64,000 nt of DNA. Source: Octopus sinensis. Taxonomy: Eukaryota. Position numbers and translations under genes: made by a program. The stretch lies in the NCBI RefSeq assembly GCF_006345805.1, contig NC_043002.1, positions 104,718,001-104,782,000 of the forward strand. The letters run 5' to 3'. Below the pieces are notes generated by a model. That model was not told where the DNA came from. It searched no databases and was given only the letters and a program-made list of their open reading frames with translations. Positions 1 through 13,360 of this stretch are shown here, in pieces (positions within the stretch are counted from its first letter, which is position 1; every line of letters starts with the position of its first letter).

Positions 1-6
1 TGTGTG

Positions 7-43
<37 letters not shown>

Positions 44-86
44 ATACATATATGCATGTGTATGTATGTATCTATATATATGTATT

Positions 87-129
<43 letters not shown>

Positions 130-619
130 ATACATACACATATATAGATATACGTACATACATATATATGCATATATGTATATATATATATATATATATA
201 TTTATGTATACACACACACACATATGTATATATACCTATTTAACATACGTACGCGTTATTGTGTTCCGTGTGTGTATATAAACAAGTTTCCCCCATGAAA
301 ACACTCAGTCGTGACGCAAAGAAGACATCAAAGATTCGCGTGTTTTCCACAATTCTGGATATTTTGCTGTAATTTATTTAGAAATTGTTATTAAGAAGAT
401 TTCGTTGATCAAAGTTATTGTTCGTGATGGGTGTTAAATGTCAACCAGCGCTTCGATGGAACGTTAATATTATGTCATATAGACATCAGTTTGATAGAAA
501 AATTATATTCTATATACTTGGAACCGCAGCAGCAGTAGCAGCATTTCAGAATAGTAGACATAATCATAGCAATGGCAGCAACAGTAGGAAACTTTTGTCT
601 AAACAATGAAGAATCTTTG

Positions 620-930
620 AGCTAAAAAAAATAGTTATTAGACTATTTTGGAAACGCTGGTGCAGCATCTGTTTGGAAGTATATATGTCGAGTGTCTCTG
701 CACTCCTCTTATTAACATACAATGAAAGAAATGAAACCAATCGTCTGGCACGAGTATGGGGTAGAGTTGAGAGTTTAAAAGGCAACAGCTTTCTGGGTTA
801 ATGAATGCTGACTGTGTGATGACAAGATTACTTGTATTTACGAGAAGTTTTCTTTGGAGAATCATCAGACATACTTCTAGAAATTTACTTCCCTTTTTGA
901 ATGGTGCAATTATCAATCAGCCTTCGGCAT
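620..930 (-). mobile_element. Possible continuation of the RTE-like LINE (RT region), very degenerate
   Basis: IIAPFKKGS (like IIPLFKKG), TQSAFINPESC (like EQxGFRxGRSC) and RLVSFLSLY (like KLVxLIxSLY) occur in the expected order downstream of the 1400-2800 relic. Confidence 0.3.
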
Positions 931-1399
931 TCTTTGTTCAAGGGGTTTTTTGCCTAAGAATATTTTGTAGCTTTAAATACTTCAATTTTCACCGTTCCAA
1001 ATTTAGAATCATTTCTCATTCTTATTGTATTTCTAAATCCTCATTATCCATGGCCTGTTATTGTAATTCTTGTGGTTGTGTTATTTACATTTCTGTCGTT
1101 TGCTTTTTAACAGGGATTAATACTGGTCGATGAGAAATATTTTAACATTAATTCCATGTTCTATTTTAAAGAATTTCGTTGAATAATTTCTTAGAAGTAA
1201 GAAGCATTGTTCTTCAGTCCATTCTGCAGACACATACGCACCCAGATAAAAAACACACAAAGACATTTGTATATGAAACGTACGTAACGTTAATTTATTT
1301 ACAAGTCCTTAATATATATGTGCATATATATGTGTATGTGTATTTGGACATGCATTTACCCCCATACACGCACATACATATGCAGTTATATCCTGTCTG

Positions 1400-2800
1400 T
1401 TAACAAATTTTCGTAATATTCCGCTTCTTTTGCAAAGACTCGTATCAACCACTTCGGTTTCCAGTCCGCTCCAAATATATATTTGAACATATTCGCTGGA
1501 AAGTCCATCGCATCCGATTGCACTTTCCAGACTTCAAATGCCGAATTTTTGCGTTATTAGTATGTTGTACCTCAGTCAGCCTTTGAAACCAGACAACTAC
1601 TTACCTTTTTCTGATTCTCAGAAAATATGCTTGATACTTAGGCAATTTAAACTTCACGTTTCGCATTGAAGAATAGTTCTCATCGATCGCCATGTTCTTT
1701 CCTAATGTTCTTTTTCTAACTTATAATTTTGCTCCCCTAACAACCTTTGTTACTCTACTGGCACTTCTCCCAACAATTCTAATCTTATCACCCTCTTCGG
1801 CAGATCCAATTTCAGATTGTTAACGATTTTCCCTTCAATTGCTAATTCAAAAAACCATTAATTGTAAGCATTCTTCAACAAAAAAGACCCAATTTGCTTC
1901 CATATTCCAGGTCCATGCTTAAGTATTCTATGTAGTCCGACCTAGCAGATTCCAGATTTGCTGTGTGTATGATTTAAATTTTTCTGTCCCTTTTATTCGC
2001 TCACCAATAAAATAAGCTGTTTAATTACAGTCTGATTAAGCCAATTTTTTCATATCATGTGCACAGTGCACTTCTGAAAAATCTGGTCGGGACGACCAAT
2101 CATTTGTTTTGTTTAATATTGCGAAGCTTTCATATTTCATCTTCCGTCGTCTAACTCCACAAAATAGCTGCACGAATCTAAACTGCAATTTCAATGTTGA
2201 GCCAGTTATAGAATGGCCAACGGTTCTGAAGATATATTTCTTTCTTGCGTAGTTTTCGATTTGTCTCTGCCACATTTATACACAAAGTGCACTGCTGCTT
2301 GCGTCCAGAAATACACTCACAACCCTAAAGTACACGAAGATTTTTGTCCCCTTCTCATCTCAGGATTCAAGTCTCAAGCATCAATTCCACGGCATCATCT
2401 AATGCTAGGCGGTTCAAGATATGTAGACTTCCTTGTTAACTTGGAACGTGAACCACAAGTCCTAGTCTCGTTGATGGTCGCCATATCGAAATCTAATGAC
2501 CTGTCTTCATTGAATGCATATTTTTGTTTCAAGCCAATCACAAGTCACGTGTATTTATAAAACTCAATTTTAGAAAAGTACGGATGATCCTCTTTCCTAA
2601 CTGGATAGCGATTTCTTCTTGGTTAACTTCATTAAATAATTTATTTCTATTTAATGGGAGATTATGAGAGATGTTACTTGTGTTTTTGGATGTTATTGTT
2701 GCGCTAAGTTTCATTCCTGACATTTATGGCAGGGGTGTAATTCTTTTGGCTTCAGCTGTCGTAGATGACATTTTGAAGATATTTTTCTTTTGGGTAAACG
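1400..2800 (-). mobile_element. Highly degenerate RTE-like LINE (APE endonuclease plus pre-RT region)
   Basis: Manual minus-strand translation across frameshifts gives FLKLSFINTRDL (resembles the endonuclease start LKIxTWNVRTL), DRSLDFDMATINETR (resembles DIxxxxETR), and near 1470-1540 HLKSGK/AIGCDGL/PANMFKY (resembles LKNGKAxGxDGIPAEMFK of RTE LINEs). Many stops and frameshifts. Confidence 0.55.
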
Positions 2801-2945
2801 ATGTCGTTGAGTAGCTAGCAGGAAATGCCTTTGTACTTTATAGAATATAAAGAGAAGGTTCACGTGCTACATATATATACTCGCACTATATTTAAAGTAC
2901 CTGGAACGTCTCTAATCGATCATTACAAACGTACCATATATAAAT

Positions 2946-3013
2946 AAAGATTGCTTGCCAACATAACATGGCAGTCCTGGTTTAGGACGAATGTTGCTGT
3001 AATTTAGCCCTAG
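2946..3013 (+). mobile_element. Fragment of one arm of the fold-back MITE found at 61860-62236
   Basis: AAAGATTGCTTGCCAACATAACATGGCAGTCCTGGTTTAGGACGAATGTTGCTGTAATTTAGCCCTAG closely matches the arms at 61860-61932 and 62161-62236 (reverse complement). Confidence 0.7.
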
Positions 3014-3015
3014 AA

Positions 3016-3231
3016 GATATGGGTTACACGACCTGAAGAAAATTCTAACTAGGCCCCCACCTGCAAGATCATGAGCTGTTTATCTTGATATGAGATCACC
3101 ATGTCGCGTGCATATAGTTGTGATGCATGTGCCTAGTGTAACCTTAAAAGACGGGTAGTCAGGATGGGTATACTGGGCTTCAGATATTTTGTCCCCGTGT
3201 CACGTTCATTGCATACACTGTCCTCTCACTC
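3016..3231 (+). mobile_element. 5'-truncated copy of the ~550-bp TAA-associated non-coding element
   Basis: Matches the 3' ~215 bp of 3692-4244, ends ...CTCTCACTC and is followed directly by (AAT)n. Confidence 0.85.
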
Positions 3232-3241
3232 AATAATAATG

Positions 3242-3310
<69 letters not shown>

Positions 3311-3628
3311 TGGAGAAACTCTCAAAATACAAAGACCTGGAAATAGAGGTAACTAGAATGTGGAACCTGAAAACAGAAACAATTCCTATCATAGTAGGTG
3401 CATTAGGCATGATAAAAAAATATTCAGACAAATACATAACAAAAACACCAGGACTTACAAACACATATAACATACAGAAAATTGCACTACAAGGCACTGC
3501 ACACATCCTACGCAGAACAATTTCCATACAATAACCATCAGAGCATCACAACAAATCACAGCACATACCCAAGGCACACAGAGCTGCGCTCGGTAGTGAA
3601 GTGAATGCACGCTATAAAAATAAAACTA

Positions 3629-3631
<3 letters not shown>
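3311..3631 (+). mobile_element. 5'-truncated R4/Dong-clade non-LTR retrotransposon (RLE C-terminus plus 3' UTR)
   Basis: EKLSKYKDLEIEVTRMWNLKTETIPIIVGALG...LQGTAHILRR matches the end of the 5921-6436 ORF. Flanked by (AAT)n on both sides. Confidence 0.9.
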
Positions 3632-3691
<60 letters not shown>

Positions 3692-3692
<1 letters not shown>

Positions 3693-4244
3693 CCCTGATG
3701 CAGTACCAGGCAGTGGCTCTCATGGCTTCTGATCTTACCTGATTCCAAGTGTTATCATGTACATTGTTTTGTCTTGGTATAAAAGATGGACTACAGCAAA
3801 TATTCTGCTCAATACCACAGATTTGCTTGTCAGTTGTTTGACTTTAACCAGTTGAGCATGTCCCTTAGTGGCTGACGATATGTGCATCTCTGATCACGAG
3901 CAGAAGTAGTGGGGGAGCATCATAGCCATGTGTTGAAAGGGATTCTTTGGGGTTTGAATAATTCACCTCTGGAAACATGGGTGGTTCTTTCAACATCCTT
4001 AAACAACCCTTATTCAGGGACCTTTTGAGCAGGATGGGCTACTCAACCTGAGGAAAATTCTAACTGGGCCCCACCTGCAAGGTCATGTGCTGTTTATCTT
4101 GATATTAGATCACCATGTCGCGCACATATGGCTGTGATGCATGTGCCTGGTGTACCCTTATCAGACGGATAGTCATGATGGGTATATTGGGCTTCGTATA
4201 TTTTACCCCAGTGTCACTTTGATGGCATGAACTGCTCTCTCACT
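3692..4244 (+). mobile_element. Longest copy (553 bp) of a non-coding, SINE-like element embedded in (AAT)n
   Basis: Flanked by (AAT)n on both sides. Same 3' end as the copies at 3016, 4308 and 40076, and same 5' start (GyCCTGATGCAGTA) as 40076. No ORF and no clear Pol III A/B boxes seen. Confidence 0.8.
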
Positions 4245-4264
4245 AAATAATAATAATAATATTA

Positions 4265-4305
<41 letters not shown>

Positions 4306-4307
4306 TG

Positions 4308-4542
4308 TATTCAGAGACCTTTGGGGCGGGATGGGCTACTCGACCAGAAGAAAATTCTAACTGGGGCCCTCCTGCAATTTCATGTGCTGTTTATCTTGAT
4401 ATGAGATCACTATGTCGCGCACATATGGTTGTGATGCATGTGCCTGGTGTATACTTATCAGACGTGTAGTCATAATGGGTATACTGGGCTTCGTATATTT
4501 TACCCCAGTGTCACTTTGATGGCATGCATTGCTCTCTCACTC
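4308..4542 (+). mobile_element. 5'-truncated copy of the ~550-bp TAA-associated element
   Basis: Matches the 3' ~235 bp of 3692-4244 and is flanked by (AAT)n on both sides. Confidence 0.85.
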
Positions 4543-4620
4543 AATAATAATAATAATATTAATAGTAATAATAATAATATAATAATAATATAATAATAAT
4601 AATAATAATAATAATATAAT

Positions 4621-6673
4621 ATGAGATCATGGAGAACCACACTAACTTATGAGATCATGGAGAACCACACTAACTTATGAGATCATGGAGAACCACACTA
4701 ACTCTGAACAGTGACAGTGAATCCCTAAATGCTGGTGATGTAAAAATTCGTGTGGCATTTTCCAGGGTGACTCACTGTCACCACTCCTCTTTTGTTTATC
4801 CTTAATACCTCTCTCAAAGCTGCTCAATGACGCGCAGTACGGGTATAAAATGTTTGATAAAAATATAAATCATCTCGTTTACATGGATGATTTAAAGCTT
4901 TTTGCAAAAAATGATCAACAACTCAAGGGCTTACTAGCGATAGTCAAACAATTCAGTGACGACATCAGAATGCAATTCGGCCTCGATAAATGTGCAAAGG
5001 CTACCTTTATCAAAGGAAAATGACAGAAACATCTAACTTTAACCTTGACCAACAGAATGTCATAAAAGAACTAGACCCAGCGGAGAGCTACAAGTACCTA
5101 GGGGTAATTGAAGGGAACGGAATAAGGCATTCAGAGATGAAGGAAAGGATCAGGAGAGAATGCTATCGAAGAGTGAGAGCAATACTCAAGACAGAGCTGA
5201 ATGCAAGAAACAGGATCGAAGCAATCAATGCATTAGCTATACCAGTCGTGGCTTACAGTTTCAATATTGTTAACTGGTCAATTACTGAAATATGTCAGCT
5301 CGACAGAAAAATAAGGAAACTGTTGACAATGCATAGAATGCACCACCCTAAGGCAGATACAGAACGACTCTATCTGCCAAGAAAAGAGGGAGGCCGTGGT
5401 CTTTTGAAACTGGCAATAACAATGAAGATTGCTACAATTGGCCTAGACACCTACCTGAAAAACTCTGAGGACTGGATGTTAAAACTTGTCTCAAAACATG
5501 AAAACAAGAAAGCATCATACTCAGTCACAAAACAGGCAAAGGAATATCTAAGTGAATTCCGAATACAACCAATTTCGGAATTAGAGATAGACATACAAGA
5601 AACAAGCACAGAAAAAGCTAGGCGCATGAAAACCGTGCCAAAACTGCGGCCTTAGATATTCTGAATAATAAATGGCAAGAAAAACCTCTCTACGGCAAAT
5701 ACCCAAAGAGAGCGAATAATGCAGATATCGACAAAGCCCTGACCCATCAATGGCTAATGGCCTCTGGCTTAAAATCTGAAACAGAGGGGTTTATCATAGC
5801 AGCTCAAGATCAATGCCTACCAACAAGAAACTACCAGGCCAACATATTAAAGATCAGAAGCAGTCCAACGTGTCGTGTATGCAAGCAACAAAATGAAACC
5901 ATTGACCATGTGGTCTCCAAGTGCAGTCTTCTAGCGCCTACAGAGTATCTCACAGGCACGATAGAGCTGCACAATATATTCACTGGGTAATCTGTAAAAA
6001 CCTGGATTTGCCCCATGAAAAAAACTGGTGGGAACACAAACCACCCCCAGTGCTTGAAAATGACCACATCTCACTCCTCTGGAACTTCACCATTCAAACT
6101 GACAGGAAGATAGATGCAAATAGGCCAGACATCATATTGAAAGACTTCAAACAAAGAACATGCCTCCTCATTGATATGACTGTCCCAATCGATATAAACG
6201 TATCTGTCAGGACCTACCAAAAACTGAGCAAATATAAAGATCTTGAAATAGAAATCAGCAAAATGTGGAAGCTGAAGACTAAAGCAATACCTGTTGTCAT
6301 AGGTGCCCTGGGAATGATAGCAAAAGGGGCTGATAGCTACCTAACTCAGATACCAGGAAACCCAAAAATGGCAGAAGTTCAAAAGATAGTGCTCATGGGA
6401 ACTGCTCATATCCTACGCAAAATACTCTCTATGTAACCTCAAGGTTAAAACAACCATAATTTTCGGTTTAAAAAAAAAAAAAAAAACTTTTTTTTTTTAG
6501 ACATTCATTAGTACAACATCCCCACCCCCCAAATATATGGCACACTAGGCATAACAACAACATGAACTTCCAACCCTGTTGTCTCTTGAGGTCTCTGGGT
6601 GAGACTTGGAGCCAACTTGTACAAATATAAAGCAAAAGTCAAACATAGAATAATAATAACAATAATAATAATG

Positions 6674-6711
<38 letters not shown>

Positions 6712-6712
6712 T
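4621..6712 (+). mobile_element. 5'-truncated, frameshifted R4/Dong-clade retrotransposon (RT, CCHC zinc motif, restriction-like endonuclease, 3' UTR)
   Basis: GIFQGDSLSPLLF, NHLVYMDDLKLF (YMDD at ~4879), YKYLG, CRVCKQQNETIDHVVSKC, RPDIILKD...LIDMTVP...KLSKYKDL. Frameshifts near 4750, 5020, 5630 and 5950; stop at 6436; (AAT)n at both ends. Confidence 0.93.
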
Positions 6713-7255
6713 AATATTAACAATAATAATAACAATAATAATAATAATAATAAATTAATGATATTTACATAATATTGTGCTGTACCGAAATCTCCTCAAG
6801 CCCAGAAGACCTACATTGATAGATAATATGTGTACAGGATACTGAAATAGAAATTACGAGAGTATCATTCAAATGATATCGGTGAAGTACAATCAGATGA
6901 AAACAATTGTAAAATAACAGGAAATATGCAGTGAAGTGTGAGGGACAACAATGAAATAATAACTTTATCGTTTTTAAATAATTATGTACGGTTCTTCGTC
7001 ACGGTGTATATAACTTGGATCATTATCAAATCGCCGGAATGTTTATATTTATTTAATCTTTATTTGATCAATACGAATAAATATGAAATATGGATAAACT
7101 GATACCAAATAAGGTATATATATATACGCTAAATTAGTACCTGTTTATGCATGTATATATATATATATATATATATACATATTTTTATAAATATACATAT
7201 AAATACTTATATATATATACATATATATTATATATATATATATATATATACATAC

Positions 7256-7290
<35 letters not shown>

Positions 7291-7457
7291 CACACATTCA
7301 TATATATATACATTTATACACAATGCAAGTTGAGGATAGTGATGCTCAATAATGAGATTAGAGTCAAACGTATTGCAAAGATCAATTTGATCGGGGCTTC
7401 AATTTCTGGTTTACGCATGAGCAAGTCGACCCCAAAAACTTGGCACAATCTCAAATT

Positions 7458-7503
<46 letters not shown>

Positions 7504-9158
7504 CATACTTATACATATGCATACATATATATTTACACATATATACACATATACATACAAATACGTACACACGCACACACAAACATATATATAATATATA
7601 TATATAATATATATATATAATATATATATAATGATAGAAAATGGAATAAAATTTTGGCTTTATTTGAAATCACAATTATTTCGGCACAGTTTTACACTTG
7701 TTTGTAAGATATACATCCATAATATTTAACTTTCAATTGTTTTAATTTGTTAAGGTGAATATACACATCTCAACCAATAATATTTCATAAATGTCATTTA
7801 ATAAAGCTAATATAAAACAATCTTTAAACTTACTTTCGTGCTGCCTCCACCTTTACTTTTCAAAAGTAACCTTTCAATTGTATGGATACTTAAACCCAGT
7901 TCAAGTATATATATATATATAGTAAAGAGACTATCTTTATTACAAAATAGCTCTTTCTGCGAACCATGATATGTTTTTGAAGTTGTCTTGCAATGTGGTA
8001 AATACCTTTTGTTTAAGCTCGGCCTGTGTAAACACCAAGTACCCACAATGCAGTACATGCTGTTGCATGGAGTTATTCAACGGTAAGTCGCCATTTCCAA
8101 TTTGTGGACGTTGATGAGAGAATTCCTGATGTTTTTCTCATTCTGTATTTCTCTGACTCATTTCGCAAAAAGATCGTTTATTTATACTTTGAAGAGAGCA
8201 GAAATTGAAAGAAAAGAGAAGGCAAAACGGGGAGAGAGAGCAGAAAGTGATAGATGTATGTACGTGTTTAAGAAACGTATGTGTGTGTGTGTGTGCGAGT
8301 GCGTGCGTACAAGAGAGAGAAAGAAAGAGAGAGATAGAATGATTGAGTGAAGTTGTGTGTCGTGATGATGGATGCCATTTAAGGTATACACTAATATAGA
8401 AAATGTGACGTCGTCGTTGTCGTCGTCGTATAGAATGCTTACGATAGTTGACTTTTGGAAGATTTTATAATGTTAATTTTTTGTAATGCAAATATGTGAA
8501 TGAAAATAAAGTTTAGTTTTTAGTGGAAATAGTCTTTTGATACCCAATACGACAACATCGGTCACTCAGTTTTGGAATGCATAAAGACAATACGCACTCC
8601 CCCCACACACATATATATATATATATAATTGTTTTCGTAATGTGTTAAAAAAACAGGGCAATGTAGATTTTAGAACATTTATAGATTGAAGGTCTTACAA
8701 TTGTTTTCAGGATATTTATATCCCTTCATCGGAGACGGTGTGAGAGGATGATTAAGAAATAGTTAATTTTGATAAGATATAAAATAGATAGATAGATGGA
8801 TAAATTGATAGACATATACATGCACACACGTATACACAAAAACGCACTCATGTACACACAAACATAGATACAGAGGATGTGGAATGGAGGGAAAGAGAAT
8901 GTGTCATAAATAGATAGCGAAGCAGATATTAAAAAACATCTATGAATTGTCTGTCGATCAGCTTTTAATCACTAACTTAGAATCGTGTGTGCTGGGACAA
9001 AATATCTGGACAAACGTGCAACATTTCGAGATAGGAATCAGAAGTTAGATATCCTCCACTGAGGATCGCAAGAAATGATGTCCGTTGATTTTCACTTAAC
9101 TCGCTCGCAGGCAAGGCTGAAGACATCTTTGATTTGAAGAACCATATCTATGGCCATA

Positions 9159-9827
9159 TAATGTGCATTCAAAATGTATTTGACTTAATTTTTTCCCACA
9201 CAATTTTATTTCAGTGGGCGAAATATTTGGGGTTGGACGTGACACCACCCTTCTTTCGCATGTAGGAAAATTTCCGCATCAGATTCTAGCTATTACACCT
9301 AGAGTACAGACGTGTAATGCGCGCTCATTGGATTTTCGTTTTCGAGCAAGATGACCGAACGCATCCAGCAGAAATCATAAACTCATGTTTCCTTAATAAT
9401 GGTTTTCATGGAGTCTGAATCGTGTTTTTTACTAAGCGATTTTAATGTGGAGTTGCCTTTGTTTACCCACCTGCATTCGGCAATATCTGCCTTAAAGGTA
9501 TGTCGCTTTCCACTGAAATGCAGTCATGTTTGAATCGATTGTACAACTCTTTAGCCTGAAATTTCCGAATGCCTTCTGAATCTTCTGGATGATTTGAGTT
9601 TAAGTATCACCAAGGTTTTCACATATCTTCATCCAGTAGCTCTGCTCGACAAATCTGCACTACATGCCTCATCTCTAGGTGTAGCAGCCAAGGACAGATG
9701 CAGCCTACTGGAGCTGATATTCTCACGCATGCACAAGAAGGATAGCACTACATCTATCCAAAATTATTTCGCCCACGCGTCAAAAGTTTTGGTGGAGAAA
9801 AAGTCGGATACTTTTAAACGCAACTCG
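9159..9827 (+). mobile_element. Non-autonomous mariner derivative with long degenerate TIRs
   Basis: TA-flanked ends; the right end reads TA-CGAGTTGCGTTTAAAAGTATCCGAC on the minus strand and the left is a CpG-decayed version. Internal inverted match between 9214-9305 and 9683-9776. ATGACCGAACGCATCCAGCAG (MTERIQQ) resembles mariner transposase N-termini. Confidence 0.7.
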
Positions 9828-11199
9828 TACAGAATATTTTCTAAGCACGATGTATTCACAAAGACGTTATATAATGTATCGCTATGTGCATAATAGTAAT
9901 TTTATGTAATTGCTTACGGCTATTTTAATTTTATTACCACATCAAGGTTGTGCAGAGAAGACCCATTCCTAGCTGATATGTATGCTTCATATAATACACT
10001 GGAATATTTGATGAAAACATATAAAAGAATATTTTCTTCCATTTCTCTTCTCTCTTTTCAGTTTGTGAATTGTATTTTCACAAAGCCATTGACTCTAAGG
10101 AGAAAAATAATAATACGTAAAGTCCTAGAAAGTAACTTATGGCGAGATACAATATACAAGTTGCATTCTAAATACTGTATACCACTGGAAGCTGAAGATG
10201 AACAGCGAACAACGATGCTACTGTATATTTGAAATAAATGTAGGATGTAATTTTGAGTGAATGATCATATTTTGGATTGTCAATTTTATTTTAATAAGCC
10301 AACAAAATTCCATTAAAATCTACTTATCAACTCATGTTATTCAATAATGAATTCTTCAGATATTATACCACATTTATCGATTTTCTTATAGTCTCCATAT
10401 CAATTCTGAATTCTCCCCCTTCTCTCTTTTTTTAATTTCTCCGAGAACCTTTTCATCTTTTGCAATTTCCACAAGCGTCTCATTCCACCATTCTGGAAGG
10501 CTGTCTGTGCATTTCTGTACAATTATGCATTCAAATATTCACCGAATGCATATTCATATCGATTTTTTTATCTCATTTTATTTCATAATAATTACAGTCC
10601 CTACATTTTTTTTATGTTTTATTTTCCTTTTCGCCCTTCTTTCGTTTTCACCTTCCCATTTGCTTCACAGTGATTCAGGATTTTCGCTTTTATATCAAGT
10701 TGTTGTTATTGGCAATTATTTTGTGAGATAAACTCACGAAGGGTTTCATTTTCATAGAAAATAATTTCACAATCCGAATGAGAGGATATCATGCTAAATA
10801 GAAAAATATCCTTTGTGTATACTAAATTCGATTTGCAACTTGGGGATAATTCATTTTCAATTCTTTTGGCCGAATCTCTACAAAACAACATAACGAGGGT
10901 GTGGAGTGTAACATTTGTTCGCCTCTAAATTTAAGGGTTCACAAAAATATATCTATAGCAAAGTAGTCATATTTCCAGATTGATTCATGCAGCCTTTGTA
11001 TTATCATGAATATTTTAGCTAATGGGGAGTGTGATTCTTAGGCGAATAGGAAGGTTCTCTCTGAAGAATTAAAGGGTCTATTGAAGCTAATTTGTGCAGA
11101 AGAATACGTTTTAGTATTTTACTTAAATTCACACCAGAAATTAACTGTGGCATCTGAGTGACGTCTTCTGTATTCCCACCTACCTATATAAAGGAACGC

Positions 11200-11215
11200 A
11201 AATCATATATATATG

Positions 11216-11246
<31 letters not shown>

Positions 11247-11296
11247 ACATACACACACACGTATATATATAAACATATATATATAATATATATATA

Positions 11297-11395
<99 letters not shown>

Positions 11396-11401
11396 TATAT
11401 A

Positions 11402-11452
<51 letters not shown>

Positions 11453-11458
11453 ATATAT

Positions 11459-11516
<58 letters not shown>

Positions 11517-11523
11517 GTATATA

Positions 11524-11575
<52 letters not shown>
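11200..11575. repeat. Compound (TA)n/(TAGA)n microsatellite
   Basis: Directly visible. Confidence 0.95.
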
Positions 11576-12743
11576 CGCATGCGATGTTACTTATCATTAA
11601 GCGGTTTAATATCGCCGCGACTGTTGAGAATCAATCAGCGACTTCTTTCAAATAGATAGAAAATTCAAACTATGTACTGTGTCCAATATTCCTTCACTTA
11701 TAAACACAAAACTGCGAATGTGTTTGTGTGCATGCGTCTATCAACTGGAATCACACACATAGGTTTTACAGATGCCATACATACACACACATATTTATGT
11801 ATTTATATGTGTGTGTGTATCTATATATTTACACACACACACACACATAGAGATAGAGATTCGTATGTGTATATATATGTAAATGCATGCCTATATGAAC
11901 GTATGCTGCCATAGATATTCATAAAGGTATACATAAATACAAATACATAAGCGCAACAAATATATTTATGTGTATATTTATGTATATATATATATGTGTG
12001 TGTGTGTGTATATGCGCAACAAATATATTTAGAATGAACGTGTGTCAATAAACAATAACACAAGTTAAAAAGTATTGAGGTAAAAGAAACGAAAGGTGTG
12101 CATAAAAAATGAAATCGAAGCCAAAGTAATGGAGGAAATATATGTGTTGTGTATAAACCACAACGGCGAAACATTACGACGTGTTGTCGTCGGTGCCTTT
12201 TTCTCAACTACCCATTAGGTAAAACGAAACTACATCACAAATATAGAAACCATGTTAAGTAATAATGCTGCAGATCAACGTGACTTTTTCGCTATAAATA
12301 ACAATAAAAAGAACCTCAAAATAAGCAATAGCTGCATTAACCAATATATATACATATACATATATACATATATACATATATATATGTATACGTTTATATG
12401 TGTAAATGTGTATGTATGTGGGGAGGTATGTGTACATATATGTAGGTATTTCTTTGGATTACAGAGAAGAACAAAAAACAATAGCTACACAATACAACGC
12501 TGGTGAACGAAAATAGAGTTGTTCAGGATTTATTATGAAGGATATACGAAAATATCTCCGTAGGCAGATCTAATAAGAAACGTTAGATGATTGGATATAA
12601 TGACACGTTCTAACACCACTCTTCATTATATGTATATACATACGTGACTGCATACATCATATATACATAGATATATTTGTGTGTGTGCCTGTTACATATA
12701 CATATATATATATATATATATAATAATATATACATATATATAT

Positions 12744-12802
<59 letters not shown>

Positions 12803-13113
12803 GGTGTGTGTCACGTGCGCGTGAGCTTATATATAATTATATGTACATTAATATCTGGCTTTGGCTAGAATCTAATTTGCCACTTACAATTATAATAGGG
12901 GCCTCTATTGTAAAGTTCTCTCTCACTCTCGTCCCTCTTTTTCTCTCTGATCTATTTATAATGGCCGCTTTTGTATGATGAATCCTCTATTAATCTAATT
13001 TTGTTTTAACTTTTTTTATTGTGATTATTTTTGTGTCTTCGCTGTTGGTCTTTTTTTCCTTCGTTATATTCTTATTAATGTACACAACTGTTGGTATTTA
13101 TTATTATTATTAC

Positions 13114-13156
<43 letters not shown>

Positions 13157-13322
13157 GTTGTTGTTTGTTGCCGTTGTTGGTGTTGTTGTTATTACGTTAA
13201 ATACATAGAATATATTGTGAATCAATAGATATTTCCTTTGTAAAAATAGCAGTGATATATGTTTACATACACATATATAAGTATACGTATACACACACAC
13301 TCATATATATATATATATACTG

Positions 13323-13360
<38 letters not shown>

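Noticed and set aside
2-298. Long YI/CV/HT-rich ORFs here and throughout (e.g. 7147, 11184, 13946, 20192, 35398, 42694, 47099, 49540, 58892)
   Set aside because: Translations of (TA)n, (TG)n, (TAGA)n and (TATG)n microsatellites; not genes.
4621-4703. 28-bp direct repeats resembling a CRISPR array
   Set aside because: No spacers, eukaryotic context, and the unit is LINE coding sequence.
6825-6950. Possible sixth Dong remnant (Y.DTEIEITRV)
   Set aside because: Only about 7 matching residues, needing a frameshift; insufficient.
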